In this document: piece by piece, positions 1 through 13,914 of the stretch
Position numbering within the stretch: the first letter of the stretch is position 1
Layout of the letters: each line of letters opens with the position of its first letter
Source of the DNA: an uncultured Thermoplasmata archaeon
GTDB lineage: Archaea > Thermoplasmatota > Thermoplasmata > Lutacidiplasmatales > UBA184
Assembly (NCBI GenBank): GCA_963708255.1
Contig: CAVPSE010000002.1
Location: 373,842 to 437,841, forward strand
Length of the DNA stretch: 64,000 nucleotides
Direction of reading: 5' to 3'
Notes under the pieces: generated by a model
What the model saw: the letters and a program-made list of their open reading frames with translations, nothing else
Database searches by the model: none
What the model was told of the DNA's origin: nothing
Translations under genes and position numbers: made by a program

Positions 1-1467
1 AACCTGTGCGACTGCCCGCCGTACAACGCGGACTTTGATGGGGACGAGATGAACCTCCACGTCCTCCAGAGCCAGGAGGCGAGGGCCGAGGCGAAGGTCC
101 TCATGAAGGTCGAGGAGCACATCCTCTCCCCCCGGTACGGCGGCCCGATCATCGGGATGCTGCACGACCACATCACGAGCGCCTTCCTGCTGACGTACCA
201 GAACCCCCGGTTCACCCGGAGCCAGGTCACGTACCTGCTCTCGAAGGTGAAGTACCCGATCCCGCCCCCGGCGGGGACCGAGAAGGACGGCACCGAGTAC
301 TGGACGGGCAAGCAGCTGTTCAGCCTCACCCTGCCGAAGGACCTCTCTCTCGAGTTCCGCTCCAACATCTGGAACCGGTGCGACTGCCCTCCGACCAACT
401 GCAAGCACGACAGCTACGTGGTGGTGGAGAGCGGGGTCCTGAAGGCCGGGACCATCGACGCGAAGGCGATCGCCTTCCAGAAGGGCGCCATCCTGGACGC
501 CATTGCCCGGAACAACGGCATGGCGCGCGCCCGGCAGTTCCTCGACGAGATGAGCCGTCTCTCGATCACCGCCATCGAGATGAAGGGCCTCTCGACGGGG
601 ATCGATGACGAGGACGTCCCCGAGGAGGCGAAGCGGGAGATCAACAGCGCTCTCAGCAAGGCGCGCGAGAAGGTCACCGAGTTCGTCGACCAGTACCTCG
701 AAGGGCCAGCTCGAACAGATGGCCGGCCGGTCGATCGAGGAGACGCTCGAGGTGATGGTCCGACGGGAGCTCGGGAAGGCGCGGGACGCCGCGGGCGACA
801 TCGCGGGCCGCTACCTCGGTCTCGAGAACCCCGCGGTGATCCTGGCGAAATCCGGGGCCCGGGGCTCCATGCTCAACCTGACCCAGATGGCGGGCGCCGT
901 CGGACAGCAGTCGGTGCGGGGCGAGCGGCTCCTGCGCGGCTACTTCAGCCGAACCCTCCCCCACTTCCGGCGGGGCGATCTCGGCGCCGACGCGCGCGGG
1001 TTCGTCTCCTCGTCGTACAAGCGCGGCCTCTCGCCGACGGAGGTACCTTCTTCCACTCCATGGGCGGACGCGAGGGTCTCGTGGACACGGCCGTCCGGAC
1101 GAGCCGGTCGGGGTACATGCAGCGCCGGCTCATCAACGCCCTCGAGGACCTGAAGGTCGCCGAGGACGGAACCGTCCGCAACACCGCCGGCACGGTCATC
1201 GAGTACAAGTACGGGGAGGACGGCATCGACCCGACCCGGTCGTTCCAGGGCGCTCCCGTGCCCTTGGATGAGGTCCTCGCCCACGTCCTCGGGCGCCGGG
1301 TGCGTCCCGACGTCGACTCCCGGGGGGAGCCCCTCTCCGGGGCGCCCACGGTCACGGAGGAGGAGATGGATCTCCTCGCCGAGGCCCAGCTCGAGGAGGA
1401 AGGCGACGAGGAGGAGACCGAGGAGTTCGGCACCCCCGAAGAGGGACCGGACTTCGGAGGCGAATGA
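1..1467 (+). CDS. rpoA1: DNA-directed RNA polymerase subunit A-prime, 5-prime truncated by the window edge; frame broken twice in this sequence
   Basis: Frame 1 from nt 1 reads [21 protein letters not shown] (catalytic NADFDGD). The middle part continues in the frame of ORF 605..1153 ([42 protein letters not shown]). It returns to frame 1 at [28 protein letters not shown]. Breaks lie at about 693-705 and at 1042-1047. Confidence 0.93.
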   Translation, partial: NLCDCPPYNADFDGDEMNLHVLQSQEARAEAKVLMKVEEHILSPRYGGPIIGMLHDHITSAFLLTYQNPRFTRSQVTYLLSKVKYPIPPPAGTEKDGTEYWTGKQLFSLTLPKDLSLEFRSNIWNRCDCPPTNCKHDSYVVVESGVLKAGTIDAKAIAFQKGAILDAIARNNGMARARQFLDEMSRLSITAIEMKGLSTGIDDEDVPEEAKREINSALSKAREKVTEFVDQYLEGPARTDGRPVDRGDARGDGPTGAREGAGRRGRHRGPLPRSREPRGDPGEIRGPGLHAQPDPDGGRRRTAVGAGRAAPARLLQPNPPPLPAGRSRRRRARVRLLVVQARPLADGGTFFHSMGGREGLVDTAVRTSRSGYMQRRLINALEDLKVAEDGTVRNTAGTVIEYKYGEDGIDPTRSFQGAPVPLDEVLAHVLGRRVRPDVDSRGEPLSGAPTVTEEEMDLLAEAQLEEEGDEEETEEFGTPEEGPDFGGE

Positions 1468-2765
1468 CGATGGCCGACGAGAAGAAGCCCGGGGCGCGCC
1501 GCCAGCTCGCCGACAAGATCCGCGAGGTGGCCCGCCGCGAGGGCGCGGCCCTCCCGCCGAGCCTGGTGGAGGAGCTCGCCGACCGGTTGGTCCACCTCAA
1601 GGTCACGCCGGCCGAGGTCACGAAGGTCACCAAGGCGGTCGCCGAACGGTTCCGCCGCGCGACCGTGGACGCCCACGAGTCGGTGGGGATCGTCGCCGCC
1701 CAGTCGATCGGCGAGCCGGGGACCCAGATGACGCTGAGGACGTTCCACTACGCGGGGGTCGCGGAGATGAACGTCACGCTCGGGCTGCCGAGGCTCATCG
1801 AGCTCGTGGACGCCCGGCGCGTTCCCTCGACGCCGATGATGACGATCTACTCCGACAAGAAGGTGAAGGCCGACCGGGACGCGGTGCAGAAGATCGCGCT
1901 CCAGGTCGAGGTCACGACCGTGCCGGACGTGGCGAGCATCGGGACCGTCGTGGAGGAACTGAAGGTCGTCGTCTCCCCCCAGGCCGCGCTCATGCAGGCC
2001 CGGGGCGTCAAGCGCGCCGACCTGGAGCGCGCCCTCGCGGAGGGGCTCGACGAGCGCTCCTTCAGGATGAGCAACGGGAGCGGCTCCGGCGAGACCCGTA
2101 CGTTCGAGATCCACCTCCTCGAGGCGGGGCACGAGAAGCTGCCGAAGCCGAAGAAGGACGAGATCGTCGAGGAGATGCCGTTCAAGAAGCTCCTCGAAGC
2201 CTCGGAAGAGGCGAAGGCCGTCCGGATCAAGGGCGTCACCAGCATCAAGCGGGCCCTGATCAAGAAGGAGAAGGACGAGTACGTGATCTACACCGAGGGG
2301 TCGAACCTGGAAGGGGTCCTCGGGATCCCCGGCGCCGACCCGGCCCGGACGACCACCAACTCGGTGTTCGAGATCTACAAGGTGTTCGGCGTGGAGGCGG
2401 CCCGGGCGGCCCTGATCCTGGAGGCGTCGCGGACGCTCTCGGAACAGGGGCTCGGCGTCGACATCCGGCACCTGATGCTCGTCTCCGACGTCATGACGAA
2501 CGAGGGGGACATCCGGGCCATCGGCCGGCACGGGATCTCCGGGAAGAAGACCAGCGTGCTCGCCCGGGCCGCCTTCGAGATCACCGCGGCGCACCTCCTT
2601 CGGGCCGCCATCACCGGCGAGGTGGACGAGCTGAAGGGCGTCGCGGAGAACATCATCGTCGGCCAGCCGATCACCCTCGGCACCGGCGCCGTCAACCTCA
2701 TCTACCGGCCCCCCACGCCGGTGAAGGCGAAGGACGTCCCGGCGGCGAAGGAAGTGGAGGCGTAG
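1464..2765 (+). CDS. rpoA2: DNA-directed RNA polymerase subunit A-double-prime
   Basis: ORF 1464..2765 contains [37 protein letters not shown] and [18 protein letters not shown]. The ATGA start/stop overlap with rpoA1 is typical of the archaeal split subunit. Confidence 0.95.
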   Translation: MTMADEKKPGARRQLADKIREVARREGAALPPSLVEELADRLVHLKVTPAEVTKVTKAVAERFRRATVDAHESVGIVAAQSIGEPGTQMTLRTFHYAGVAEMNVTLGLPRLIELVDARRVPSTPMMTIYSDKKVKADRDAVQKIALQVEVTTVPDVASIGTVVEELKVVVSPQAALMQARGVKRADLERALAEGLDERSFRMSNGSGSGETRTFEIHLLEAGHEKLPKPKKDEIVEEMPFKKLLEASEEAKAVRIKGVTSIKRALIKKEKDEYVIYTEGSNLEGVLGIPGADPARTTTNSVFEIYKVFGVEAARAALILEASRTLSEQGLGVDIRHLMLVSDVMTNEGDIRAIGRHGISGKKTSVLARAAFEITAAHLLRAAITGEVDELKGVAENIIVGQPITLGTGAVNLIYRPPTPVKAKDVPAAKEVEA

Positions 2766-2766
2766 G

Positions 2767-3057
2767 ATGGATCTCGCGCACGCGCTCAAGGTCGCCCTGC
2801 AGACCGGTACCGTCAAGGTCGGCGTCCACGAGGCGCTCGAGAGCGCCCAGGCGAAGAAGGCGCGGCTCCTGATCGTCTCGAAGAGCTGTCCGGAGAAGCG
2901 GCTGACCGGGGAGCGGAAGTTCGAGAAGATCCCGATCTACCACTACGAGGGGACCGCCGTGGAGCTCGGGGCGGCGTGCGGCAAGCCGTTCCCGATCAGC
3001 GCCCTCGCGGTGATCGATCCCGGCTCCTCGGCCCTCCTGACCCTCGAAACGGGCTAG
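2767..3057 (+). CDS. rpl30e: 50S ribosomal protein L30e
   Basis: A 96-aa ORF directly after rpoA2, the conserved archaeal position. The sequence (KVALQTGTVKVGVHEALESAQAKKARLLIVSKSCP ... YEGTAVELGAACGKPFPISALAVIDPG) is L30e/L7Ae-fold like. Confidence 0.85.
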   Translation: MDLAHALKVALQTGTVKVGVHEALESAQAKKARLLIVSKSCPEKRLTGERKFEKIPIYHYEGTAVELGAACGKPFPISALAVIDPGSSALLTLETG

Positions 3058-3077
3058 GCGATCGTCGGGCCCCTCGA

Positions 3078-3503
3078 ATGGCCGAGATCGCGTTCGACAC
3101 CCAGACCGTCGGGTACATCCGGCTCTTCGAGGAGCGGACCGGGGCGCGCGTGAAGGACTGCCTCGAGGCCGAGGACAAGCTCGTCTTCGTGGTCCAGCCC
3201 GGCGAGATCCCCAAGGCGGTCGGCCCCGGCGGGGTCCTGGTGGACCGCCTCAAGGGGATGCTGAAGAAGGAGATCATGGTCGTGGAGTTCTCGGAGGACC
3301 CGGGGACGTTCGCGAAGAACGTCTTCTTCGCCTATCAGCCGAGGTCGGTGGAGTTCGCGCCGAAGGGAAAGGGTCGCCACGCGACGGTGACCGTGGACCC
3401 GGCCTGGAAGGCCCGGGCGATCGGGAAGGCCGGCAAGAACCTGAAGATCGCCCGCGCCGTCCTCATGCGCCACTGCGACATCGTCTCCGTCAGCGTGGCG
3501 TGA
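3078..3503 (+). CDS. nusA: Archaeal NusA-like transcription termination/antitermination protein (two KH domains)
   Basis: Begins MAEIAFDTQTVGYIRLFEERTGARVKDC and contains GxxG-type KH signatures (VGPGGVLV, IGKAGKNLK). It occupies the conserved position after rpl30e. The start is taken at the internal ATG 3078 of ORF 2976..3503. Confidence 0.85.
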   Translation: MAEIAFDTQTVGYIRLFEERTGARVKDCLEAEDKLVFVVQPGEIPKAVGPGGVLVDRLKGMLKKEIMVVEFSEDPGTFAKNVFFAYQPRSVEFAPKGKGRHATVTVDPAWKARAIGKAGKNLKIARAVLMRHCDIVSVSVA

Positions 3504-3556
3504 CCCGGGCGTCCTGCCCCCGCTCGCCCGATTAATAGCGGGGAGGCTCCCCGGTC

Positions 3557-4273
3557 GTGGCCGACGCGGCGCCCCCGCGCATCGACATCGTCTTCTTCGA
3601 CCTGGGGGGCACCCTCCTCGAGGAGCGGCAGTTCGACGTCTGGCTCGAGGTCGCGGACCGCTCGGGGATCGCCCTGGACCCCGACCATCTTTCCCACGCC
3701 TACGAGGAGGTCAAGCGGGAGACCGACGCCCCCGTCGGCCGTCCCACGCTGGAGGAGTTCTGGCGGAAGGTCCTGGCCCGCGCCTCCGACGGGACCGTCC
3801 CCCCGACCGGGCTATCGGAGTTCCTCCGAGGGATCGGTTCGGTCCCCCCGAACCTCCGGCTCTTCTCCGATGCCCGACGGTGCCTCGAGGAGGTGGAGGC
3901 GCTCGGGCTCCGGCGCGGGGTGATCTCCAACTCCCGCTCCGAGGAGGGGGTCCGGGACCACCTCGCCCGGGCCGGTATCCTCGAAGGGCTCGACCCGATC
4001 GTCTCCTCCGGCACGGAGGGGGTATCGAAGCCGTCCCCCGAGCTGTTCCGTCGCGCTTCCGATCGGGCGCGGGTCCCCGCCTCCCGCTGCTTCTACGTGG
4101 GGGACCTCGCGAATACGGATGCCAAGGCCGCCATGTCGGCGGGCTTCCGCGCCGTCTGGCTCAACCGGGAAGGGACCGGGTTCGGGGACGACCCCCCCGA
4201 GATCACCTCCCTCACCGAGCTCCCGGGGTATCTCCAGCTCGCCGGACTGGTCGTCTCCGCTCCCGTTAAATAA
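3557..4273 (+). CDS. HAD-superfamily hydrolase (phosphatase-like)
   Basis: HAD motif I is VFFDLGGTLL, motif II is ISNS, and motifs III/IV are KPSPELF ... YVGDLANTD. GTG start; a TATA-like ATTAATAG lies 26 nt upstream. Confidence 0.8.
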   Translation: MADAAPPRIDIVFFDLGGTLLEERQFDVWLEVADRSGIALDPDHLSHAYEEVKRETDAPVGRPTLEEFWRKVLARASDGTVPPTGLSEFLRGIGSVPPNLRLFSDARRCLEEVEALGLRRGVISNSRSEEGVRDHLARAGILEGLDPIVSSGTEGVSKPSPELFRRASDRARVPASRCFYVGDLANTDAKAAMSAGFRAVWLNREGTGFGDDPPEITSLTELPGYLQLAGLVVSAPVK

Positions 4274-4457
4274 CACCCCCATCTGGCGCGCCTCACCGCC
4301 CGCGGGGCCCTTCGGGGAGACGCGGTCGGGGCGCCGCCACGGCGAGCCGGGGATCCATGATCCGTGCTCTTCCAAGGTGACGCCACAGATGGCCCGATGG
4401 GGCGTGGAGCCCCGAGAACCCCTCCCTGGCAACGGGGAGTGACCTCTCGGGACTGAC

Positions 4458-4473
4458 AGAGGAAGAGCCAGAT
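4458..4473 (+). promoter_or_regulatory. 5-prime half of the pre-16S processing helix
   Basis: AGAGGAAGAGCCAGAT (4458-4473) is complementary to ATCTGGCTCTTCCTCC (6081-6096), with 15 of 16 positions pairing. A second helix pairs TAGGATCG (4517-4524) with CGATCCTA (6060-6067). Confidence 0.7.
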
Positions 4474-4562
4474 ACGCTCGCCAGCTCAAATGCAAGAGCA
4501 AGAATATCCGCCAGTCTAGGATCGGTCTATCGATCGACAATACTCCGAATGAATGTGTAAGA

Positions 4563-6030
<1,468 letters not shown>

Positions 6031-6059
6031 AAGAGCGCCCTACGGGGCGACTCACGGAT

Positions 6060-6096
6060 CGATCCTAAGCGGACGAACGGATCTGGCTCTTCCTCC
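6060..6096 (+). promoter_or_regulatory. 3-prime half of the pre-16S processing helices
   Basis: The complement partners of 4458-4473 and 4517-4524 bracket the mature 16S, as expected for an archaeal bulge-helix-bulge processing stem. Confidence 0.7.
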
Positions 6097-6117
6097 ACCC
6101 ATCGGGTCCATCAACCC

Positions 6118-6123
6118 TTTTTT
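6118..6123 (+). terminator. Oligo-T tract downstream of the 16S gene (archaeal-type terminator candidate)
   Basis: A TTTTTT run in an otherwise GC-rich spacer. It lies about 90 nt after the 16S 3-prime end and just before the ribB TATA box. Confidence 0.5.
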
Positions 6124-6139
6124 GAGTAACTACGCTTAG

Positions 6140-6147
6140 TTTATAGG
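6140..6147 (+). promoter_or_regulatory. TATA box for the rib operon
   Basis: TTTATAGG lies 31 nt upstream of the ribB ATG (6171), which implies a leaderless or near-leaderless mRNA. Confidence 0.55.
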
Positions 6148-6170
6148 CCGACCCACTGCTGTACGGTCCG

Positions 6171-8685
<2,515 letters not shown>

Positions 8686-8723
8686 TAAGCGACTCCGACC
8701 CTCCCCGACGACCGGGGGGCATC

Positions 8724-9464
8724 TTGGGTCCTCGCTACCCGTTCGATGTGGTCGAATCCACCCAGGCCACGGCCCTCGAACGGGCGCGGCTCGGGGTCCC
8801 TGCGATGACCCGGTTCGTGGCTCGCCGTCAGACCGACGGCCGGGGCCGCCTCGACCACCCGTGGGAGTCCCCGTCCGGCAACCTGCACCTCTCCATCGTG
8901 ATCCCGGAGCCGAGCCGGGCGGTCACGCTGTTCCCGCTGGCCGTCGGCGCCGAGCTCGCCCTCGGGCTCGAGGCGCGCTACGGGATCCGGACCGTCCTGA
9001 AATGGCCCAACGACCTTCTCGTCCCCCGCCCGGGGGCCGCCCCGAGGAAGCTCGCCGGAGTGCTGGTGGACCGGGTCGAGGATCCGGTCCACGCCGGTCA
9101 CCTGGTGGTGGGGATCGGCGTCAACGTCGCCGCCCCGCGCTCGTGGTTCGGCCCCGAGCTCTCGGACCGGGTCGCGATCCTCTCCGAGCTGGTCGAGCCG
9201 GAACCGTCCGTCGAGGAGGTGGAGTCCGTGGCGACCGCCGCGGTCGACCGCGCCGCCGCGCTCCTGCGGACCGCCGAGGGCGCCGAGCGCGCCCTGGACC
9301 GGTGCCGCCGGGCGCTCTATGGCGTGGGCCGGCGGGTCCTCGTCGACGGCCGACCCGCCGGGACCCTGCAGGCGCTCGGGGACGACGGGACCCTCTGGGT
9401 GGGCGAGGAGACGTCCCCCGTCGCCGTACGGGCCGGGGACCTCACGGTGGTGGAGGAAGCGTGA
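8724..9464 (+). CDS. birA: Biotin--[acetyl-CoA-carboxylase] ligase
   Basis: Contains STQATA ... ARRQTDGRGRLDHPWESPSGNLHLS and LKWPNDLLV ... KLAGVLVD ... VVGIGVNV, the BirA catalytic core. TTG start. Confidence 0.88.
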   Translation: MGPRYPFDVVESTQATALERARLGVPAMTRFVARRQTDGRGRLDHPWESPSGNLHLSIVIPEPSRAVTLFPLAVGAELALGLEARYGIRTVLKWPNDLLVPRPGAAPRKLAGVLVDRVEDPVHAGHLVVGIGVNVAAPRSWFGPELSDRVAILSELVEPEPSVEEVESVATAAVDRAAALLRTAEGAERALDRCRRALYGVGRRVLVDGRPAGTLQALGDDGTLWVGEETSPVAVRAGDLTVVEEA

Positions 9465-11013
9465 CGAAGGCGTACGACCGCTGGCAGGTCCTGAAGCGTG
9501 CCTCCCGCGAGGGCGGCGGCGCCGAACGGGTCGCGAAGCACCGGGCCGCCGGGAAGCTGACGGCCCGGGAGCGGCTCGAGCAGTTCTTCGACCCGGGGAC
9601 GTTCGTCGAGATCGACCCGTTCGTGACCCATCGCGTCGATACGTTCGGGCTCGCCGAGCGGAGGATCCCGGGCGATGGCGTGGTCACGGGGTGGGGGGAG
9701 GTCGAGGGCCGACCGGTCTGCGCGTTCGCCCACGACGCGACCGTGTTCGGGGGCGCGCTCGGCGAGGCCCACGCGGGTAAGATGGTGAAGATCATGGAGA
9801 CCGCCCGCAAGGCGGGGGTCCCGATCGTGGGGCTCAACGACTCCGGCGGGGGCCCGGATCCAGGAGGGCGTGATGAGCCTGGGCGGGTACGGCGAGGTGT
9901 TCCTTCGGAACGTGACCCTCTCGGGAGTGGTCCCGCAGATCTCCCTCGTGCTCGGTCCGTGCGCCGGGGGTGCGGTCTACTCGCCGGCGCTCACCGACTT
10001 CGTCATCATGGCCCGGGGGCAGGGGCAGATGTTCATCACCGGGCCCGATGTGATCCGGTCCGTCACCCAGGAGGAGGTGACGGCGGAGGCGCTCGGGGGC
10101 GCTGACGCCCACGCCACCCACTCCGGGGTCTCCCACTTCACCGCCGAGAGCGACGTGGACGCGCTGGCGTTGGCGCGGCGACTCCTCGCGTACCTGCCGC
10201 TCAACAATCTCGAAGAGCCGCCGGGCGGTCCCGGCCATCGACCCTCCGGCGTCCGCGGCGGGCGAGCTCGCCCGGATCGTCCCCGAGAGCGCCGACGCCC
10301 CGTACGATGTGCATGAGGTGATCCAGCGCGTGCTGGACCCCGGCGAGTTCCTGGAGGTCCAGAAGGAGTGGGGTCCCAACATCGTCGTCGGGTTCACCCG
10401 GCTCGGAGGCCACCCGGTCGGGGTCGTCGCCAACCAGCCCGCGGTCCTGGCCGGCTGCCTCGACATCGTGGCGTCGGAGAAGGCGGCCCGGTTCGTCCGG
10501 TTCTGCGACGCGTTCAACCTCCCGCTCGTCACGCTCGTCGATGTGCCGGGGTTCCTGCCGGGGACCGCCCAGGAGTACGGGGGGATCATCCGGCACGGGG
10601 CGAAGCTGCTCTACGCCTACGCCGAGGCGACGGTGCCGAAGCTCACCGTGATCCTCCGCAAGGCGTACGGCGGCGCGTACGATGTGATGTGCTCGAAGCA
10701 CCTGGGCGGCGACCTCAACCTCGCCTGGCCTACCGCGGAGATCGCGGTGATGGGCGCCGACGGGGCCGTGAACATCCTGTTCCGCCGGGAGATCGACAAG
10801 GCGCCCCCGGCCGAGCGCGACGCGCTCCGCGCGCAGCTGGTCCGGAAGTACCAGGACGAGTTCCTGAACCCGTACCTCGCGGCCGAGCGCGGGTACATCG
10901 ATGACGTCATCGACCCGGCCGAGACCCGGGCGAAGCTATTGGCGGGGCTCAAACTGCTCGCCCCCAAGCGCGAGGACCGGCCGGCGAAGAAGCACGGCAA
11001 CGAGCCGCTCTAG
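9461..11013 (+). CDS. Acyl-CoA carboxyltransferase (12S / propionyl-CoA carboxylase beta / methylmalonyl-CoA decarboxylase alpha family); two frame breaks
   Basis: Three consecutive frames read [22 protein letters not shown] ... IVGLNDSGG | [17 protein letters not shown] ... [16 protein letters not shown] ... [10 protein letters not shown] | AIDPP ... [13 protein letters not shown] ... [13 protein letters not shown] ... [11 protein letters not shown]. The breaks are in the G5 run at 9848-9852 and at GGG 10223-10225. The GTGA start overlaps the birA stop. Confidence 0.9.
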
Positions 11014-11021
11014 GGGGCCCC

Positions 11022-12565
11022 GTGGTCGGGATCACCGAGACGGTGCTCAGGGACGGTCACCAGTCGCTGATCGCGACCCGCATGCGCACGAAGCACATGC
11101 TCCCGGCCGCCGAGCGCCTCGACCAGATCGGCTACCGGTCGCTGGAGGTGTGGGGCGGGGCGACGTTCGACGTCTGCCTCCGGTTCCTGAAGGAGGACCC
11201 GTGGGAGCGGCTCAGGCTCCTGAAGCGGCAGATGCCGCGCACGCCGCTCCAGATGCTGCTCCGCGGCCAGAACCTGGTCGGGTACCGCCACTACGCGGAC
11301 GACGTGGTGGAACGGTTCGTCGCTGAGGCGGCCCGCCAGGGGGTCGACATCTTCCGGGTGTTTGACGCGCTGAACGACGCCGGCAACATGCGCGTCGCCC
11401 TCGCGGCCGTCAAGAAGGCCGGCGCCCGGGCCCAGGGGACGATCTGCTACACGCGCTCGCCGGTCCACACCCTCGCCTCCTTCGTCGCCCTCGGGCGCAC
11501 CCTCGCCGAGATGGGCTCCGACGAGCTGTGCATCAAGGACATGGCGGGGTTCCTCCCCCCCTCCGAGGCCTCCGAACTGGTCCGCGCGCTGATCAAGGAG
11601 GTCGGTCTACCGGTCGTGGTCCACACCCACTCCTCCTCGGGAATGTCCACGCTCACGTGCCTCGCCGCCGCGGAGGCCGGCGCCACGGCCGTCGACGCCG
11701 CCCTCTCGCCGTTCGCCGGCGGGACCTCGCAGCCCCCGACGGAGACCCTGGTCGGCGCGATGCAGGGCGGGCCGCTCGACCCGCACCTCGATCTGGGCGC
11801 GCTCGCGGACCTCGCGGAGTACTTCCAGACGGTCCTCGAACACTACCGTCCGCTCCTCAACCTGCGCTCCCTCCAGACCGACCCGGGGATCTTGGTCCAC
11901 CAGGTCCCGGGGGGGATGCTCTCCAACCTCCTCTCCCAGCTCCAGGAGCAGGACGCGCTCGCGCGGCTCCCGGAGGTGCTCGCGGAGATCCCGCGCGTCC
12001 GGGCGGACCTCGGCTACCCGCCCCTGGTGACCCCGACGAGCCAGATCGTCGGGATCCAGGCCGTCTTCAATGTCCTGGTCGGGACCCGCTACGGGCAGAT
12101 CACCCGGGAGGTCCGCGACTACGTCAAGGGCCTCTACGGGAAACCTCCGGGCCCGATCGACCCCACCCTCGCCCGCCTCGTCCTCGGGAACGACCGCCCC
12201 ATCGCCGGCCGCCGGCGGACCTGCTCGGCCCCGAGCTCGGCACGGCCCTCGCCGAGCTGAGGGCCCTCGTCCCCGCCGCGGACGACGCCGAGCTCCTCGC
12301 CTATGCCCTGTTCCCGCCGGTCTACAAACGGTTCCTCGCCGACCGGAGCTCCGGCCTCACGCCGGAGGTCCTCGACGCCATCGCCCTGGGCGTGGTCGGG
12401 GCCCTGCGGGCCGCCCCCCCCGCCACCCCGGCCCCGACCATCCGCTCGGGGCCCGGGGCATCCGAGGGGGGCTCCGGCGTCAGCCCCTGGGCGCACCAGG
12501 GCCGCGCCCACCTGCAGTCCAACCGGAGGTGGATCGATGAGAGTCGCGCTCGTTCTCGACGGTGA
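11022..12565 (+). CDS. Carboxyltransferase 5S subunit / oxaloacetate decarboxylase alpha-like (pyruvate carboxylase subunit B family); one frame break near the C-terminus
   Basis: Contains ITETVLRDGHQSL, LEVWGGATFD, GQNLVGYRHY, CIKDMAGFL, HTHSSSGM and VHQVPGGMLSNL. After ...GNDRPIAG the sequence continues in the frame of ORF 11528..12565 (RPADLLGPEL ... LLAYALFPPVYKRFL). The break lies at about 12207-12218 and is consistent with a C missing from a C-run. The exact stop is uncertain. Confidence 0.85.
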
Positions 12566-13076
12566 GCCCTGGGAGGTCGAGGTCGACCTGGCCGCCGGCA
12601 CCGCCTCGGCGCGCGGCCGCTCCTTCCCCCTCAAAGTGGTCTCCGAAGGGCCGTCCCGCATCGAGCTCGAGATCGCCGGGGAGAAGGTCGTCGTGGAGGG
12701 ATGGCTCGCGACGGTGGCCTCGCCCACCGAGCCGGTCGCGGTGAACGGCGAGCGGTACCGGGTGGAGGCCCAGGCGAGCGAGTCCCGGGGCGCGGTTCGG
12801 GCCGTCGCCGCTCCCTCGCCGCCGAAGCCCATGGCGCCCCCGTCCTCCGGCGGGCCCGGCTCGGTGGTCGTTCCTCCCATGCCGGGACGCGTCGTCGAGC
12901 TGCGCGTCGCCGCCGGGGACCGGGTCACCAAGGGCCAGGTGCTCCTGGTGCTCGAGGCGATGAAGATGCGGAACGAGATCCTCAGCCCCACCGACGGCCG
13001 GGTCGCGGAGCTCACGGTGACCGCGGGCGCGAACGTCCGGGCCCGGGAGCCGATGCTCCGCATCCTCCCGGGCTGA
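12537..13076 (+). CDS. Biotin carboxyl carrier protein (1.3S-like biotinyl domain)
   Basis: The ATG is preceded by GGAGGTG. The C-terminal biotinyl domain has the VLLVLEAMKMRNEI motif (AMKM biotinylation site). It is the internal-start portion of ORF 12303..13076. Confidence 0.88.
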   Translation: MRVALVLDGEPWEVEVDLAAGTASARGRSFPLKVVSEGPSRIELEIAGEKVVVEGWLATVASPTEPVAVNGERYRVEAQASESRGAVRAVAAPSPPKPMAPPSSGGPGSVVVPPMPGRVVELRVAAGDRVTKGQVLLVLEAMKMRNEILSPTDGRVAELTVTAGANVRAREPMLRILPG

Positions 13077-13080
13077 GTCG

Positions 13081-13464
13081 TCAGGCCTCGGGGGCCCCGG
13101 GGGACGGGGGCGTCGAGCCGAGACGGTCCGCCTCTTCGACGGGGTCCTCGAACGGTTCGCTCTCATCGACCGGCTCGAGGGGGCTGTCGGTCGTCGGCGG
13201 GGGATCCGGTGTCGGCGTACCGTTGGACGCCGGGGCGGCCGTGGGGGCGGGCGGTGCGGCCCGGGGGGCTCGCGGCGCTGGCACATCGAGAGGACGCTGG
13301 GAGTAGGATCGAAGGTAGAACGCCGCCACCACGATCACCGGGACCATCGCGAGGAGGGAGAAGACCCGGAAGTGGAGCTCATAGAGGGCGGCGATCCCCC
13401 CGATCGTCGCCACGGCCAATATGCCGGTGGCGCTGGGCAGAGAGAGCCTCAGGAACGCGCCCAT
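13081..13464 (-). CDS. Hypothetical membrane protein with a Pro/acidic-rich tail
   Basis: A 127-aa ORF with two hydrophobic spans (ILAVATIGGIAALY, LLAMVPVIVVAAFYL) followed by a Pro/Ala/Asp/Glu-rich tail. Confidence 0.5.
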   Translation of the reverse strand: MGAFLRLSLPSATGILAVATIGGIAALYELHFRVFSLLAMVPVIVVAAFYLRSYSQRPLDVPAPRAPRAAPPAPTAAPASNGTPTPDPPPTTDSPLEPVDESEPFEDPVEEADRLGSTPPSPGAPEA

Positions 13465-13471
13465 CGTCGGT

Positions 13472-13795
13472 CTACAGGTGAAGGACGCTCCGGCCGCACG
13501 CCGGGCACATGACGGTTCCGGGTTCGAGAGGGGCCGCGCAGTACGCGCAGAAGCCGAGGGTGGAGCTCGAGGGGGTCGGTTCCCCGAACGGCAGCGGGGC
13601 CGAGGCCGCCGCGGGGGCGGTCCCGAACACCGGTCGGTTCATGGCGGGGAGGCGGTACACGTAGAACCCGACCACGAACCAGACCAGCAAGGCCCCGAGC
13701 AGCCAGAAGTACAGGGCAGGGACGTAGTAGTCGACCGCGATCGCCCCCACGCACGCGACGATGTAGAGCTGGATCACGAGGGTGCGGAGGATCAC
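13472..13795 (-). CDS. Hypothetical membrane protein with a C-terminal zinc ribbon
   Basis: A 107-aa ORF with hydrophobic spans (IVACVGAIAV, LYFWLLGALLVWFVVGFYVY), ending in CAYCAAPLEPGTVMCPACG (CxxC-x10-CxxC). Confidence 0.55.
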   Translation of the reverse strand: MILRTLVIQLYIVACVGAIAVDYYVPALYFWLLGALLVWFVVGFYVYRLPAMNRPVFGTAPAAASAPLPFGEPTPSSSTLGFCAYCAAPLEPGTVMCPACGRSVLHL

Positions 13796-13883
13796 GGGGG
13801 CCTCGGGCGGCGCCGCGCCTCGACCGCGGCGGCGCTACTTGTCGTTGCGGGTCCGGCCGAAGATCGAGCTCCGCGTCGTGTCC

Positions 13884-13893
13884 TTTCTTATAC
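13884..13893 (+). promoter_or_regulatory. TATA box for rtcB
   Basis: TTTCTTATAC lies about 27 nt upstream of the GTG start at 13915. Confidence 0.45.
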
Positions 13894-13914
13894 GCGACCC
13901 GGCTGGCGGCGCGC

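Noticed and set aside
945-2816. A 623-aa ORF antisense to rpoA1/rpoA2. Similar long antisense or off-frame ORFs include 1268..2872, 6141..6839, 13888..15222, 19560..21203, 21978..23405, 27945..29666, 38472..40766, 48612..50774, 52340..53590, 59625..61475 and 62424..63698.
   Set aside because: They are Arg/Pro/Gly-rich low-complexity translations that fully overlap genes with clear conserved motifs on the other strand or frame. Stop codons are rare in DNA of about 68% G+C, so these are expected shadow ORFs.
12480-12565. A possible in-frame fusion of the 5S carboxyltransferase with the biotin carrier, as in OadA-type alpha subunits.
   Set aside because: The carrier has its own ATG preceded by GGAGGTG, and the frames differ. 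The upstream part of the carrier frame (ORF 12303..) is low-complexity. An undetected indel cannot be fully excluded.
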